Assembly (NCBI GenBank): GCA_017939755.1 | Contig: JAGBAJ010000042.1 | Coordinates: forward strand, 31,563-95,562 | From: Clostridia bacterium | Lineage (GTDB): Bacteria > Bacillota > Clostridia > TANB77 > CAG-508 | DNA length: 64,000 bases | Direction: 5' to 3' | Shown here: positions 51,042 through 60,153 of the stretch, piece after piece | How the letters are laid out: every line of letters begins with the position of its first letter | Position numbering within the stretch: the stretch's first letter is position 1 | Position numbers and translations under genes: made by a program | Notes under the pieces: model-generated | The model's input: the letters and a program-made list of their open reading frames with translations, nothing else | Databases searched by the model: none | What the model was told of the DNA's origin: nothing

Positions 51042-52148
51042 TTATTTATTATTTGTATTTTTCTTTTTATCTATTATTACACCAAAGCCTGTAGCAACTG
51101 GCCTTGTCTTGTGTTTTCCATCACTATCAATAGGATCATTTAAAATTTTGTAGTTTTCAACCATTACACTTGAAGTTCCACCATCTAATGCTGCAGCATT
51201 AACAGCTCCATATTTTTTCATTATTTCTATTAATTGATTCATTGAAGCACCTGGTTTTCCAACACGTCTTCCGTCAATTACAACAAAGATAACTACACCA
51301 TCTTCTCTTTGACCTATAGCGGTTCTAGGTGCAGTACCCCATCCACCATTACCAAGTACCGTAGAAGCTTGACCATTAACTATTAAAAATGGCCCTGTTG
51401 TAACTGCATCACGAATATTCATGCTTTTTGCTTTGGTTGAATTTATTTTTCCTATTATTAATCTATTGTTATTGTCAAATCCAACTAAACCACCTTCACC
51501 CGTATATGGTCTATCTGTAACAACTTTTCCATTTGTAATAGTAATACCTTGAGGTGTACCACCTGTTCTATCTTCTTTTAAATCGATAAAGAATCCTCCG
51601 TTTATGGCTAAGGCAGCATTATGATCTTGTGCCATTTTTGTAACATATTGACCAGATTTATTTAAATTTGCTGTAACTAATGTTTTTATTTTTGATGGAT
51701 CATATACAAAAGCTGCATAACCAGTATATGATTTCCCAGAAATTTCTATTATTTTATAATCTGGATGCTCAGGGTCTCTTTCTAAAATCTCACGCTCTGT
51801 TTCACTTGTATATGTATAATTTCCTGTCGCTGATGTAACTGTAACTAAACTTGGGTCTGTTACAGAATCTATTTCTACCATCCTATTCCTGCTTAGAACA
51901 TCGTTTATAGTTTCTTCACTATAAAACCATGTAGCTAAATATTTATGTGTCATGGTGGTCATAGCCGTTGTTATATACCAATCTCTAAATCCAGTGTATG
52001 GACCATACATAAGAAATAAACCAACTATGCCTCCAACAATAATTAAACTAGACATTCCACTTACTATCTTTGAAAAGATGCTCTTTCTTTTTTTACGTGC
52101 ATCTCCATTTAATATTTGATTTTGCGCATTTTTTTCCATTCTACTCAT
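51042..52148 (-). CDS. Phosphodiester glycosidase family protein (DUF2233)
   Basis: N-terminal TM anchor; 'ALAINGGFF', 'GGTPQGITITNGKVV' and 'TAIGQREDGVVIFVVIDGR' characteristic of the family. Confidence 0.7.
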   Translation of the reverse strand: MSRMEKNAQNQILNGDARKKRKSIFSKIVSGMSSLIIVGGIVGLFLMYGPYTGFRDWYITTAMTTMTHKYLATWFYSEETINDVLSRNRMVEIDSVTDPSLVTVTSATGNYTYTSETEREILERDPEHPDYKIIEISGKSYTGYAAFVYDPSKIKTLVTANLNKSGQYVTKMAQDHNAALAINGGFFIDLKEDRTGGTPQGITITNGKVVTDRPYTGEGGLVGFDNNNRLIIGKINSTKAKSMNIRDAVTTGPFLIVNGQASTVLGNGGWGTAPRTAIGQREDGVVIFVVIDGRRVGKPGASMNQLIEIMKKYGAVNAAALDGGTSSVMVENYKILNDPIDSDGKHKTRPVATGFGVIIDKKKNTNNK

Positions 52149-52166
52149 CAGAACAAAAAATCCTTT

Positions 52167-52733
52167 CTATTTTTTTAATCCTTTAAATATAATATCTTCT
52201 AATTCTTTATACATTTCTTCAAGACTAACATGATAATTCTTATTCATTTTATATAGTAAACTAACACAAGTATTACTAAAAATACCGATAGCAATTGTTT
52301 CAGCATTTGACTCTATAATTTCTCCATTTTTTATACCCTGTTCGACAATTTCTTCAACAATTTTTAAATACTGCTTTACATATTCTTTACATTTTAAGTT
52401 TCTAGGCTCTTTTCCCCATATTTGGCTTAAAATGATTCTTAAAAAGTCTTGATATTTATATATAATTTTTAGTTGAATTAGTATAACACATTTTAGTTTT
52501 TCAATTGCACTTTTCTTTTGAGTAGTTTTTATTACAATACTATTCTGTAATAATTTCATACCTTCCTCAATAAGAAAATAAAAAATTTCTTCTTTACTCG
52601 AAAAATGATAATATAAAGTTCCTTTTGCAACTCCAACAACAGAGGTGATTTCTTCTACGCTTGTTGCATCATAACCCTTTTCTGCAAATAACTTCATAGA
52701 GGTCTCGAAAATTTTTCTTTTAGTTTTATTCAT
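52167..52733 (-). CDS. TetR/AcrR family transcriptional regulator
   Basis: N-terminal HTH 'KRKIFETSMKLFAEKGYDATSVEEITSVVGVAKGTLYYHF'. Confidence 0.9.
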   Translation of the reverse strand: MNKTKRKIFETSMKLFAEKGYDATSVEEITSVVGVAKGTLYYHFSSKEEIFYFLIEEGMKLLQNSIVIKTTQKKSAIEKLKCVILIQLKIIYKYQDFLRIILSQIWGKEPRNLKCKEYVKQYLKIVEEIVEQGIKNGEIIESNAETIAIGIFSNTCVSLLYKMNKNYHVSLEEMYKELEDIIFKGLKK

Positions 52734-52751
52734 ATATTATCCTACCTTAAT

Positions 52752-52770
52752 TCTTGTTGTTTCGACAAGA
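52752..52770. promoter_or_regulatory. Candidate TetR operator palindrome (TCTTGT-N7-ACAAGA) just upstream of the TetR gene
   Basis: 'tcttgttgtttcgacaaga' inverted repeat 19-37 nt upstream of the TetR start codon. Confidence 0.35.
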
Positions 52771-53097
52771 TGTCTAATTTATTTTACCAAATATAAAAAC
52801 AAGAATCAACCACTACTATTAAATTATCACTAAATTTTCACATTTTATATTTCATTATATGTTAAATAATAAGCAATTATTATGACTTTTTCCTATTCTT
52901 TAGGGCTTTTTGTCTATTAACTTTTTGTGGCTATTTTGTGAAAAGAATTGCTTTGTTGGCACATATTAGTTTACATTTTTCAAAAATAACCTTCTAAGGC
53001 GTCAACTCTTTATGTTTTTATAACTGCTGATTTTAGAGACACTGCTAAAAAAAACAGCCCCCACTATTTTTCTCAGTGTCTCTAAAATCAGCTAAAA

Positions 53098-54027
53098 TTA
53101 TTTTGCTGCTACTGCAGGTTCCTTATTAGATACTTTGTTGTATTTATCGTATATCCTCCCAACTTTCTCTATACTTTCTATTAAACTATCATATTCTATA
53201 TCCTTAGCATAGAAATACGTTTTTTGATATACCTTCCACCTCTTTTTCATTTCTTCATCTGCACTAAGTAGCTCCAATGTATGTTTCCAATTATGTATTA
53301 AGTCTAAAGACTCTCTATGCTCTGAAGTAAGATTTATTGCCGTTTTTAGCAATTTTTTATTTATATTCTTCTCTTGTGTATTAATTAACATATATACATC
53401 ATAAAAATCTCTTATACGCGTTCCAGCTATTCCTCTCTTTATTACTGCTTCAAATTTTTCAGCCAATATTGTCTCTAGATTGTATGACCAAACTGGAATT
53501 TTCTTTTCTTCCAGCATCAAATTGTAATCATATTCTATCTCTTTATATGTAATTGCATCTCCTGTTGTAATATCTATTTTAAATATAACAGGCATCGAAT
53601 TTTTAAATTTCGCCTCAAAAGTTGCTCTGTATCCATTGTAATCATCATCTTCTCTAATAAGCTCTATCTTATTCATCTTAAATGTAATATCGTCATCTAG
53701 CTCTATTTCACATATCTCATTTAAAATTTTTGTACAACTTTCCTCTGTAAGTTCAAACCCCTTTACTGTTGTGTCCATATCCATAGTCGCTCTGCTTGAC
53801 ATTCCTAATATAGCAGAAATCAACATACCACCTTTTAATATGAAATTATCTTTATATTTTGAAACTGAAATACGTTCCAATAATCGCTCTAACATGTATA
53901 TTTGTAAAACAGATTGTGGAGCAATCTTCTTCTCTTTTGATATATTGTTTATTCTTGCTTTAAAACTCATTACATTTCCTTGCATCTTTACTTCCTCCGT
54001 ATAAAAAAAATCTTTGGTACACAACAA
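53098..54027 (-). CDS. abiEii: AbiEii/AbiGii nucleotidyltransferase-family toxin (type IV TA)
   Basis: 'NFILKGGMLISAILGMSSRATMDMD' (GG / DxD nucleotidyltransferase motifs) and 'IAGTRIRDFYDVY' typical of the DUF1814/AbiEii family. Immediately downstream of an AbiEi-like gene. Confidence 0.8.
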   Translation of the reverse strand: MLCTKDFFYTEEVKMQGNVMSFKARINNISKEKKIAPQSVLQIYMLERLLERISVSKYKDNFILKGGMLISAILGMSSRATMDMDTTVKGFELTEESCTKILNEICEIELDDDITFKMNKIELIREDDDYNGYRATFEAKFKNSMPVIFKIDITTGDAITYKEIEYDYNLMLEEKKIPVWSYNLETILAEKFEAVIKRGIAGTRIRDFYDVYMLINTQEKNINKKLLKTAINLTSEHRESLDLIHNWKHTLELLSADEEMKKRWKVYQKTYFYAKDIEYDSLIESIEKVGRIYDKYNKVSNKEPAVAAK

Positions 54028-54088
54028 TTGTATATCAAAGATTTTTAAATTTAAATAGATTTTGTTAAAATTTTATTATGCAAGGTTA

Positions 54089-54706
54089 CTATGCAAGTAC
54101 CTCTAAGTACATTCTTAATATCTTAAGTATTTTAAATTCTTTTGCATATTCATATAGCAAATTTAAATTTTTATCACTACGTTTCATATACTCTTTTAAC
54201 GCGGTATTAAAAATTTGTGAGTCTATTTTGTTTCTATCTCGAATAATATCGCAGATTGTCCTTTCCATGTTATACACTCTAATTTTTGTGCCATCGTCAA
54301 GCTCTTTTGTAATTAGTCCAATATTTAATCGTTCCTTATTAATATAATGTGGGCTTAGCATATCATTCGATGGGCGAATATTACTTGGAAAAGTCATGTC
54401 CAAAACAAAAGGTGTACGATCTGTTAAATCATACAAATATAGCGCAGTATTATGTGAAAAAATAGCATTTTTAAATTGCTCACCCATAATATAATACTCA
54501 CTTACATCCTTATCTGGAGTTACATATATTCCCCTTGATATTTTAATAAGTTCACCATTATCAACAAGAGCTTTTAAGTATTGCCTATGAATATTATTTT
54601 CTTCAAGAATTTTCATGGTTAATATACCATTATTTCTTTTTACTAATTCCATTATTAAATCTGACTTCATCATAATACTCACCTCCTTTTTGACAAGTAA
54701 ATACAT
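54089..54706 (-). CDS. abiEi: AbiEi-like antitoxin / transcriptional regulator (type IV TA)
   Basis: N-terminal winged-helix 'LIMELVKRNNGILTMKILEENNIHRQYLKALVDNGELIKISRGIYV' matching AbiEi_4. Gene order antitoxin-toxin with a 61-nt gap. Confidence 0.8.
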   Translation of the reverse strand: MYLLVKKEVSIMMKSDLIMELVKRNNGILTMKILEENNIHRQYLKALVDNGELIKISRGIYVTPDKDVSEYYIMGEQFKNAIFSHNTALYLYDLTDRTPFVLDMTFPSNIRPSNDMLSPHYINKERLNIGLITKELDDGTKIRVYNMERTICDIIRDRNKIDSQIFNTALKEYMKRSDKNLNLLYEYAKEFKILKILRMYLEVLA

Positions 54707-54759
54707 GTCGTGTTTAAAATGTATTTGTTCATCAATTTGACTTTCTAATGTTTTTTACT

Positions 54760-54840
54760 ATCGATATGTATTTTTTATCAATTTGATTTTTAAACACATT
54801 TTATCGTTGATATGTATTTTTTTGTCAAATTACTTGTTAA
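54760..54840. promoter_or_regulatory. Direct and inverted repeats in the abiEi promoter region (candidate AbiEi operator)
   Basis: 'tatcgatatgtatttttt' (54768-54786) and 'atcgttgatatgtattttttt' (54813-54833), plus repeated 'tttgacaa(g/a)t' motifs. AbiEi is known to autoregulate through paired repeats. Confidence 0.4.
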
Positions 54841-55151
54841 TACATATTATACACCAAATGTATTTATTTGTCAAACACTTTACCTTTGCTCTACTCTACG
54901 TTTACTTTTGCTTTACTCGTGCTATTTACTTATACTACACTCAATTTATAACTATATTTATTATATTCAAATCTAAGGAGAATACTACAAGTTTTAATTT
55001 TATTACTATATATTTTAAGAATCTTCGCATTTTCTGATAATTTTATTTGCTTATTTACTTTTTAGAACAGATTCATAAGCTGTTTATGGGTACTTTTTAG
55101 ATACATAAGTACAAAATAATCTTTATGGTGTCAACTAATTATGTTTTATAT

Positions 55152-55730
55152 TCATAATAAAATTGGTTGTATTTGTTCTCTATCCACAGCATATTCTAAT
55201 GTTTTAATTATATATTTGTCATCAAACACTAGTGATCTCGGTTTGGTGATTGGATTATCTTGTTTAAATGGTACAAAATAATAGTTATTTCTATTTAGTA
55301 ACTTTCCAATGTTTTCTGCCGATCCTGATAATCCATCATTAGTAGATATTGCAATAACTAGAGGGTTATTATTTCTTAGATGTGATTTTGCTGCCATTGT
55401 TGCTGGTGTGTCTACTATACCATTAGCAAGTTTAGCAATTGTATTTCCTGAACATGGTGCAATTAGCATTATGTCTGTCATCTTTTTTGGTCCAATTGGC
55501 TCTGCTCCTTGTATTGTATTTATTATTTTTTTACCAGTAATGCTCTCAAGCTCTTCTATAATGTCCTTGGCATAGCCAAATTTGGTATCCATATTGTAAC
55601 TATGTTCAGACATAATAGGAATAACGTTTGCTCCTAGTTTAACAAGTTCCTTAAATTGTGGTAAGACCTTTGAAAATGTACAAAAAGATCCTGTCATAAT
55701 TACACCAATATTTTTATCTTTTAAATTCAT
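55152..55730 (-). CDS. spoVFB: Dipicolinate synthase subunit B (flavoprotein)
   Basis: 'IGVIMTGSFCTF', 'MLIAPCSGNTIAKLANGI', 'ISTNDGLSGSAENIGKLL' and 'YFVPFKQDNP' align closely with B. subtilis SpoVFB/DpaB. Confidence 0.85.
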   Translation of the reverse strand: MNLKDKNIGVIMTGSFCTFSKVLPQFKELVKLGANVIPIMSEHSYNMDTKFGYAKDIIEELESITGKKIINTIQGAEPIGPKKMTDIMLIAPCSGNTIAKLANGIVDTPATMAAKSHLRNNNPLVIAISTNDGLSGSAENIGKLLNRNNYYFVPFKQDNPITKPRSLVFDDKYIIKTLEYAVDREQIQPILL

Positions 55731-55881
55731 AAAATCAACTCCTCACAATATAGTATGATTTTATGTAAATTTTGTGTTTTTCTATTCTAGCAAAGCTTTT
55801 ATTCATTAGGATAATAGAAAATTTTTTCCTGCCTAATGTATAAAAAAGAAGTTGGCTTAACCAACTTCTTTTTGTTATTTA

Positions 55882-56427
55882 CTAGAATAATAATATATCA
55901 TCTATATACCATTTTCCTGAAATTTTGTATATGCTTACTGACTTAGTTTTGGTTGTTGAGTCTTTAGAACCCTCAATTTTAAAGTTAACTTTACAATTAT
56001 ATCCTTCTGTAAAATCAAGCTCTTCTTTTGATGCATCTTCATATGATGTTTTTAGATATTCAATAAGCTCTTTTAGATCCTTATCTTCCATTTTTTCTTT
56101 TTCAGTAATTTCATATGTTATTTTAACATCTTCTCCATATGTTTCTACTCTATCGTTTTTATATTCATTTAAGCTATCTTTCATATCACTAATGTCTTTT
56201 TCATTGAATTCCTTAACAATAAGAGCTGGTAATGCTTTTAAATAAGCGTCACCATCAGCATCATTAAGACCTTTTAGTGCATATTCTATTGGAGCTGTCA
56301 TATTAGACTCATCAATTCCATCTTTCTTTTCATCTTCCTTTTTGTTATTTCCACATCCTGTTAATAAAAACATACTCATTATTAACATTGCAAATATCGC
56401 TGTTACTTTTAATAAAGTTTTCTTCAT
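55882..56427 (-). CDS. Lipoprotein of unknown function
   Basis: Signal peptide with lipobox 'LTGC'; acidic mature protein. Confidence 0.5.
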   Translation of the reverse strand: MKKTLLKVTAIFAMLIMSMFLLTGCGNNKKEDEKKDGIDESNMTAPIEYALKGLNDADGDAYLKALPALIVKEFNEKDISDMKDSLNEYKNDRVETYGEDVKITYEITEKEKMEDKDLKELIEYLKTSYEDASKEELDFTEGYNCKVNFKIEGSKDSTTKTKSVSIYKISGKWYIDDILLF

Positions 56428-56491
56428 AATAAATTCCTCCTATGTGTTTTAAATCAAAAATTCTTTAAATCTGCTCTTATATTAACTATTA

Positions 56492-57031
56492 TTAATAGTT
56501 TTCTGCTTTAATCTCAAAATATGATTGTGGGTGCTCGCAAACAGGACAAACTGCTGGAGCTTCTTTACCAATACAAATGTGTCCACAATTTCTGCATTTC
56601 CAGATTTTATCTCCATCTTTGCTAAATACTAATCCATCTTCTACATTTTCTAATAATTTTAAATATCTTTCTTCATGCTCTTTTTCAATTTTTCCAACTT
56701 CTTCAAATAAATATGCAATTCTGTTAAAGCCTTCTTCTTTAGCTGTTTTAGCAAATTCAGCATACATATCTGTCCATTCATAGTTTTCTCCAGCAGCAGC
56801 ATCCTTTAAATTATCTATTGTTGTTGGAACTTGTCCATCATGAAGTAATTTAAACCACATTTTTGCATGCTCTTTTTCATTATCTGCAGTTTCTGTAAAA
56901 ATAGCAGCTATTTGCTCATATCCTTCCTTTTTTGCTTTGCTTGCATAATAAGTGTATTTGTTTCTTGCTTGTGACTCACCTGCAAATGCAGCCATTAAAT
57001 TAGCCTCTGTTTTTGATCCTTTTAATTCCAT
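56492..57031 (-). CDS. rbr: Rubrerythrin
   Basis: Di-iron four-helix 'E..EH' repeats ('[18 protein letters not shown]', 'EKEHAKMW', 'EKEHEERY'). C-terminal rubredoxin-like 'CRNCGH...CPVCEHP'. Confidence 0.9.
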   Translation of the reverse strand: MELKGSKTEANLMAAFAGESQARNKYTYYASKAKKEGYEQIAAIFTETADNEKEHAKMWFKLLHDGQVPTTIDNLKDAAAGENYEWTDMYAEFAKTAKEEGFNRIAYLFEEVGKIEKEHEERYLKLLENVEDGLVFSKDGDKIWKCRNCGHICIGKEAPAVCPVCEHPQSYFEIKAENY

Positions 57032-57338
57032 TTTTTTACCTCCTAAAAAAATTATTAAATCATATAGATTTGTTATTTACTCGCTCATTATATAATATAT
57101 AAATTCCAAATTCAAGATTTTATTAATTTAAAATGCCATATTAGTTACTATTTAATAGCGTAAAGTAAAAAGCTTTGTAATATGTGAATTTTGACTTCCT
57201 ACTTCGGATGCTCTGCTATTTCACTAAAGCATTAATATTCTACCCTTAACTTTACATAATTTAGTTTTAGTGGTATACTATAGTTATGGGGGATTTCTTA
57301 CTTCCACAGACTGAGTGCCTGTATGAAAGGAAAAAAAT

Positions 57339-58161
57339 TATGAAAAAAATCATCATTGCAGTTGTTTGCATGCTTGCAAGCATCTGCACCTTCATCACAA
57401 GCACAACCATTTCATTTGCTGCATCAGCAGCTATTGACGACCTTGCTGACATTGCCTGCCTTGATGTAACGGGAGATGGCGTTATCAGCGAAAGCGATTA
57501 CGAAGTCGTTCACCGTAATGTATTTGAAGGCTATACTAGCATTGCCACGCTGGTTAAGCTCGAAAAATACCTCAATCACATTAACTATAGCGTAATAGCA
57601 GTTAATGAGGAAAACACTAATCGCATTAGAAACTGGTTAGGATTTTGTGGCGGATCAATAGATATTCGTCACGCCTGCAGTGGAGCGATTATTGACATTT
57701 CTGATGATGGTGAAACATTATGCAGATTTGTGTTTAGCTCCGGATACTCTGAGGAGATGCCCGAAGAGGCAAACGTAGTCATCCGTCATGTGAGCGAGTG
57801 CGGAGTGGTTTACACCATCTGGGAAGATGGAAGCCACTACTACATCCACGAACAAGAGATTGAATTCGAGGATAAGAAGATAACGGAAGTTAAATTCGAC
57901 AATCCTCTCCTCGCAAATTGGTTTTACAATTGCGAGGCAGAATTCAAATTACGTGAATATCCTGATGGAGCTATAGGCCTCTCCTTTGAGGACGCTAAGA
58001 GCGCTTATATCCTCGTATTTGAGGAGGGCTTCTCAGAAATGCCTCCTACAGGAACTGGAGAAATTATTCATCGCCACTGGCTGCCCAATGAAAAGCGTGA
58101 GCTTATCATATGGGGTAGTAACGACGGTAAGTATCACGTAAGCATCATATCCGAATCGTAA
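57339..58161 (+). CDS. Secreted protein with a dockerin / EF-hand-like 'DVTGDGVISESD' motif; strongly GC-elevated (~45%)
   Basis: Start at MKKIIIAVVCMLAS (signal peptide) with RBS 'aaggaaaaaaattATG'. Flanked by a 12-bp inverted repeat: gactgagtgcct (57309-57320) and aggcactcagtc (58177-58188). Confidence 0.5.
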
Positions 58162-58280
58162 CAAAAATAACTAAAAAGGCACTCAGTCGGTGCGGCAGAT
58201 ATTATCTGTCGCATTTTGCCATTTTTAACAATTAATATTAGGCTCTTTGAAAAGGGCGAGTGGATAATTTTTAATAGAGC

Positions 58281-59030
58281 TTATCCAATATCATTCATAT
58301 CATACAAGCCTGGTTCATTTTTAGATGCCATAAATTTAGCAGCTTTAACTGCACCATCAGCAAAAACACTCCTTGAATACGAAGTATGCTTAATCTCGAA
58401 ACTTTCGTTCTCACTAAAGAATATTACAGAATGCTCTCCTACAATATTTCCACCTCTAATAGAGCTTATTCCTATTTCATTTTTACTTCTTTTTTCATGC
58501 TTATCATGTCTATTAAATTCGTATGACATTGATCCGTTAAGAGCTTTGTTTATTGAGTCAGCAAGTAACATAGCTGTTCCACTTGGACTATCTATTTTTC
58601 TGTTATGGTGAGTTTCTACAATTTCAATATCATTATCGCTAAGTTGCTTTGCTAAATTAGCAACTATCCTACACATCAAATTAATATCTAAAGACATGTT
58701 AGCTGATTTAAATACTGGAATTTCTTTTGAAGCCGCTCTAATTTCCGCTTCTTGCTCTTCTGCGAAGCCAGTAGTAGCAATAACTATAGGAATTTTTTTA
58801 TCCTTAGCATATTTTAAAATTTTCATAGTAGCAATTGGAATTGAAAAATCAATAATAACATCCGCTTCTTCTTTAATATCATTATAGTCAGTGTACACAG
58901 GGAAAGTATACTCTCCTGTATTTTCTTTATCAACACCACCTATTAAAACGCAATCATTATCTAAGCCCACAATCTTTGCAACCTCTTGTCCCATTTTACC
59001 ATTGCAACCATTTATTAATACCTTTATCAT
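58281..59030 (-). CDS. dapB: 4-hydroxy-tetrahydrodipicolinate reductase
   Basis: 'IKVLINGCNGKMGQEV' NAD(P)-binding N-terminus and 'ETHHNRKIDSPSGTA' catalytic motif (E-xHHxxKxDxPSGTA). Confidence 0.9.
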   Translation of the reverse strand: MIKVLINGCNGKMGQEVAKIVGLDNDCVLIGGVDKENTGEYTFPVYTDYNDIKEEADVIIDFSIPIATMKILKYAKDKKIPIVIATTGFAEEQEAEIRAASKEIPVFKSANMSLDINLMCRIVANLAKQLSDNDIEIVETHHNRKIDSPSGTAMLLADSINKALNGSMSYEFNRHDKHEKRSKNEIGISSIRGGNIVGEHSVIFFSENESFEIKHTSYSRSVFADGAVKAAKFMASKNEPGLYDMNDIG

Positions 59031-59049
59031 ATGTCCTCCTATTCTTTTA

Positions 59050-59131
59050 AATGAGGGACGGGGTTCGATTTTAAATTTTTTAAATTTAACCCCGTCCCCA
59101 GTTTCAAATTTTTTAAATTTAACCCCGTCCC
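59050..59131. repeat. Tandem duplicated hairpin element between dapA stop and dapB start (2x 'aaattttttaaatttaaccccgtccc' plus an upstream complementary 'gggacggggtt')
   Basis: Copies at 59073-59099 and 59106-59131; complementary arm at 59055-59065. On the minus-strand mRNA this gives two GGGACGGGGUU segments competing for one AACCCCGUCCC partner. Confidence 0.7.
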
Positions 59132-60012
59132 TAATTTGAAAAAAGCTCTATTGCTTCTTTTAAAAGCTTTTGTTTATCCATACTCATCTCTATTAGGGGT
59201 AATCTTGGTATACCAAAATCATAGCCAATCATATTTAACCCAGCTTTTACTGGTATAGGATTTACCTCCGAAAATAAATTATCAACTAAATCTAAACAAG
59301 CCAATTGCTTTCTTGTAGCTTCTTTTATGTTACCATTTAAATAGTCGTATACCATTTCATGTGTATATTTAGGGTATAAATTTGATAATACAGAAATAAC
59401 CCCTATTCCACCCACAGATAGTATTGGAACTATTTGGTCATCATTACCTGAATATATATTTAAATTTTCTCCACACAAAGATGCTATTTGGGCAACTTGT
59501 GATATATTTCCACTAGCTTCTTTTATAGCAACTACATTCTCTATTTTAGATAGCTCTAAACATGTTTCTGGCAATATATTAACTCCTGTTCTGCTAGGAA
59601 CACTATACAATATTATAGGTAACGATGTACTGCTTGCTATAGCTTTATAATGCTCTATTAGTCCCTTTTGTGTTGTTTTATTATAATATGGCGTAACAAC
59701 TAAGGCTCCATCTACTCCTATAGATTCTGCATACTTTGTCATTTCTATAGCAGCCTTTGTGTTATTAGACCCCGTTCCTGCAATTACAGGTATTCTTTTA
59801 TTAACCTTATCGACAGCAAACTTTATAGTATCCTTACGCTCCTTATCCGTCATAGTAGAAGCCTCTCCTGTTGTACCACATACAATTATGCTATCAACAC
59901 CCTCAGATATTTGGTGCTCTATCAAATCACCAAAGACTTTAAAATTTACTCCATTTTCATCAAATGGAGTCGCAATAGCAGTTCCACATCCTTTAAATAT
60001 AATCTTTTTCAC
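59131..60012 (-). CDS. dapA: 4-hydroxy-tetrahydrodipicolinate synthase
   Basis: 'GCGTAIATPF', 'GTTGEASTMT' and the Schiff-base lysine context 'VVAIKEASGN' of the DapA/NAL family. Confidence 0.9.
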   Translation of the reverse strand: MKKIIFKGCGTAIATPFDENGVNFKVFGDLIEHQISEGVDSIIVCGTTGEASTMTDKERKDTIKFAVDKVNKRIPVIAGTGSNNTKAAIEMTKYAESIGVDGALVVTPYYNKTTQKGLIEHYKAIASSTSLPIILYSVPSRTGVNILPETCLELSKIENVVAIKEASGNISQVAQIASLCGENLNIYSGNDDQIVPILSVGGIGVISVLSNLYPKYTHEMVYDYLNGNIKEATRKQLACLDLVDNLFSEVNPIPVKAGLNMIGYDFGIPRLPLIEMSMDKQKLLKEAIELFSN

Positions 60013-60102
60013 TTAACTTCCTCCCTTCGCACTAAGTAATATATATAATAGTTTATAAAATATATCAATACTTATTTTAATTTAATATGTATGCAGAAAT
60101 GC

Positions 60103-60137
60103 AGAAAAAAGACCACTACCTTTCGATTGTGGTCCTC
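60103..60137 (-). terminator. Intrinsic terminator downstream of the DHFR-family gene
   Basis: Minus strand 'gaggaccacaatcgaaaggtagtggtcTTTTTTCTG'. Confidence 0.6.
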
Positions 60138-60153
60138 GCAACATTTTTAAATA

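Noticed and set aside
59050-59070. 'acggggttcgatttt' resembling a tRNA T-arm (GGTTCGAAT)
   Set aside because: No acceptor stem, D-arm or anticodon arm can be built around it. It is part of the dapA-dapB hairpin repeat.
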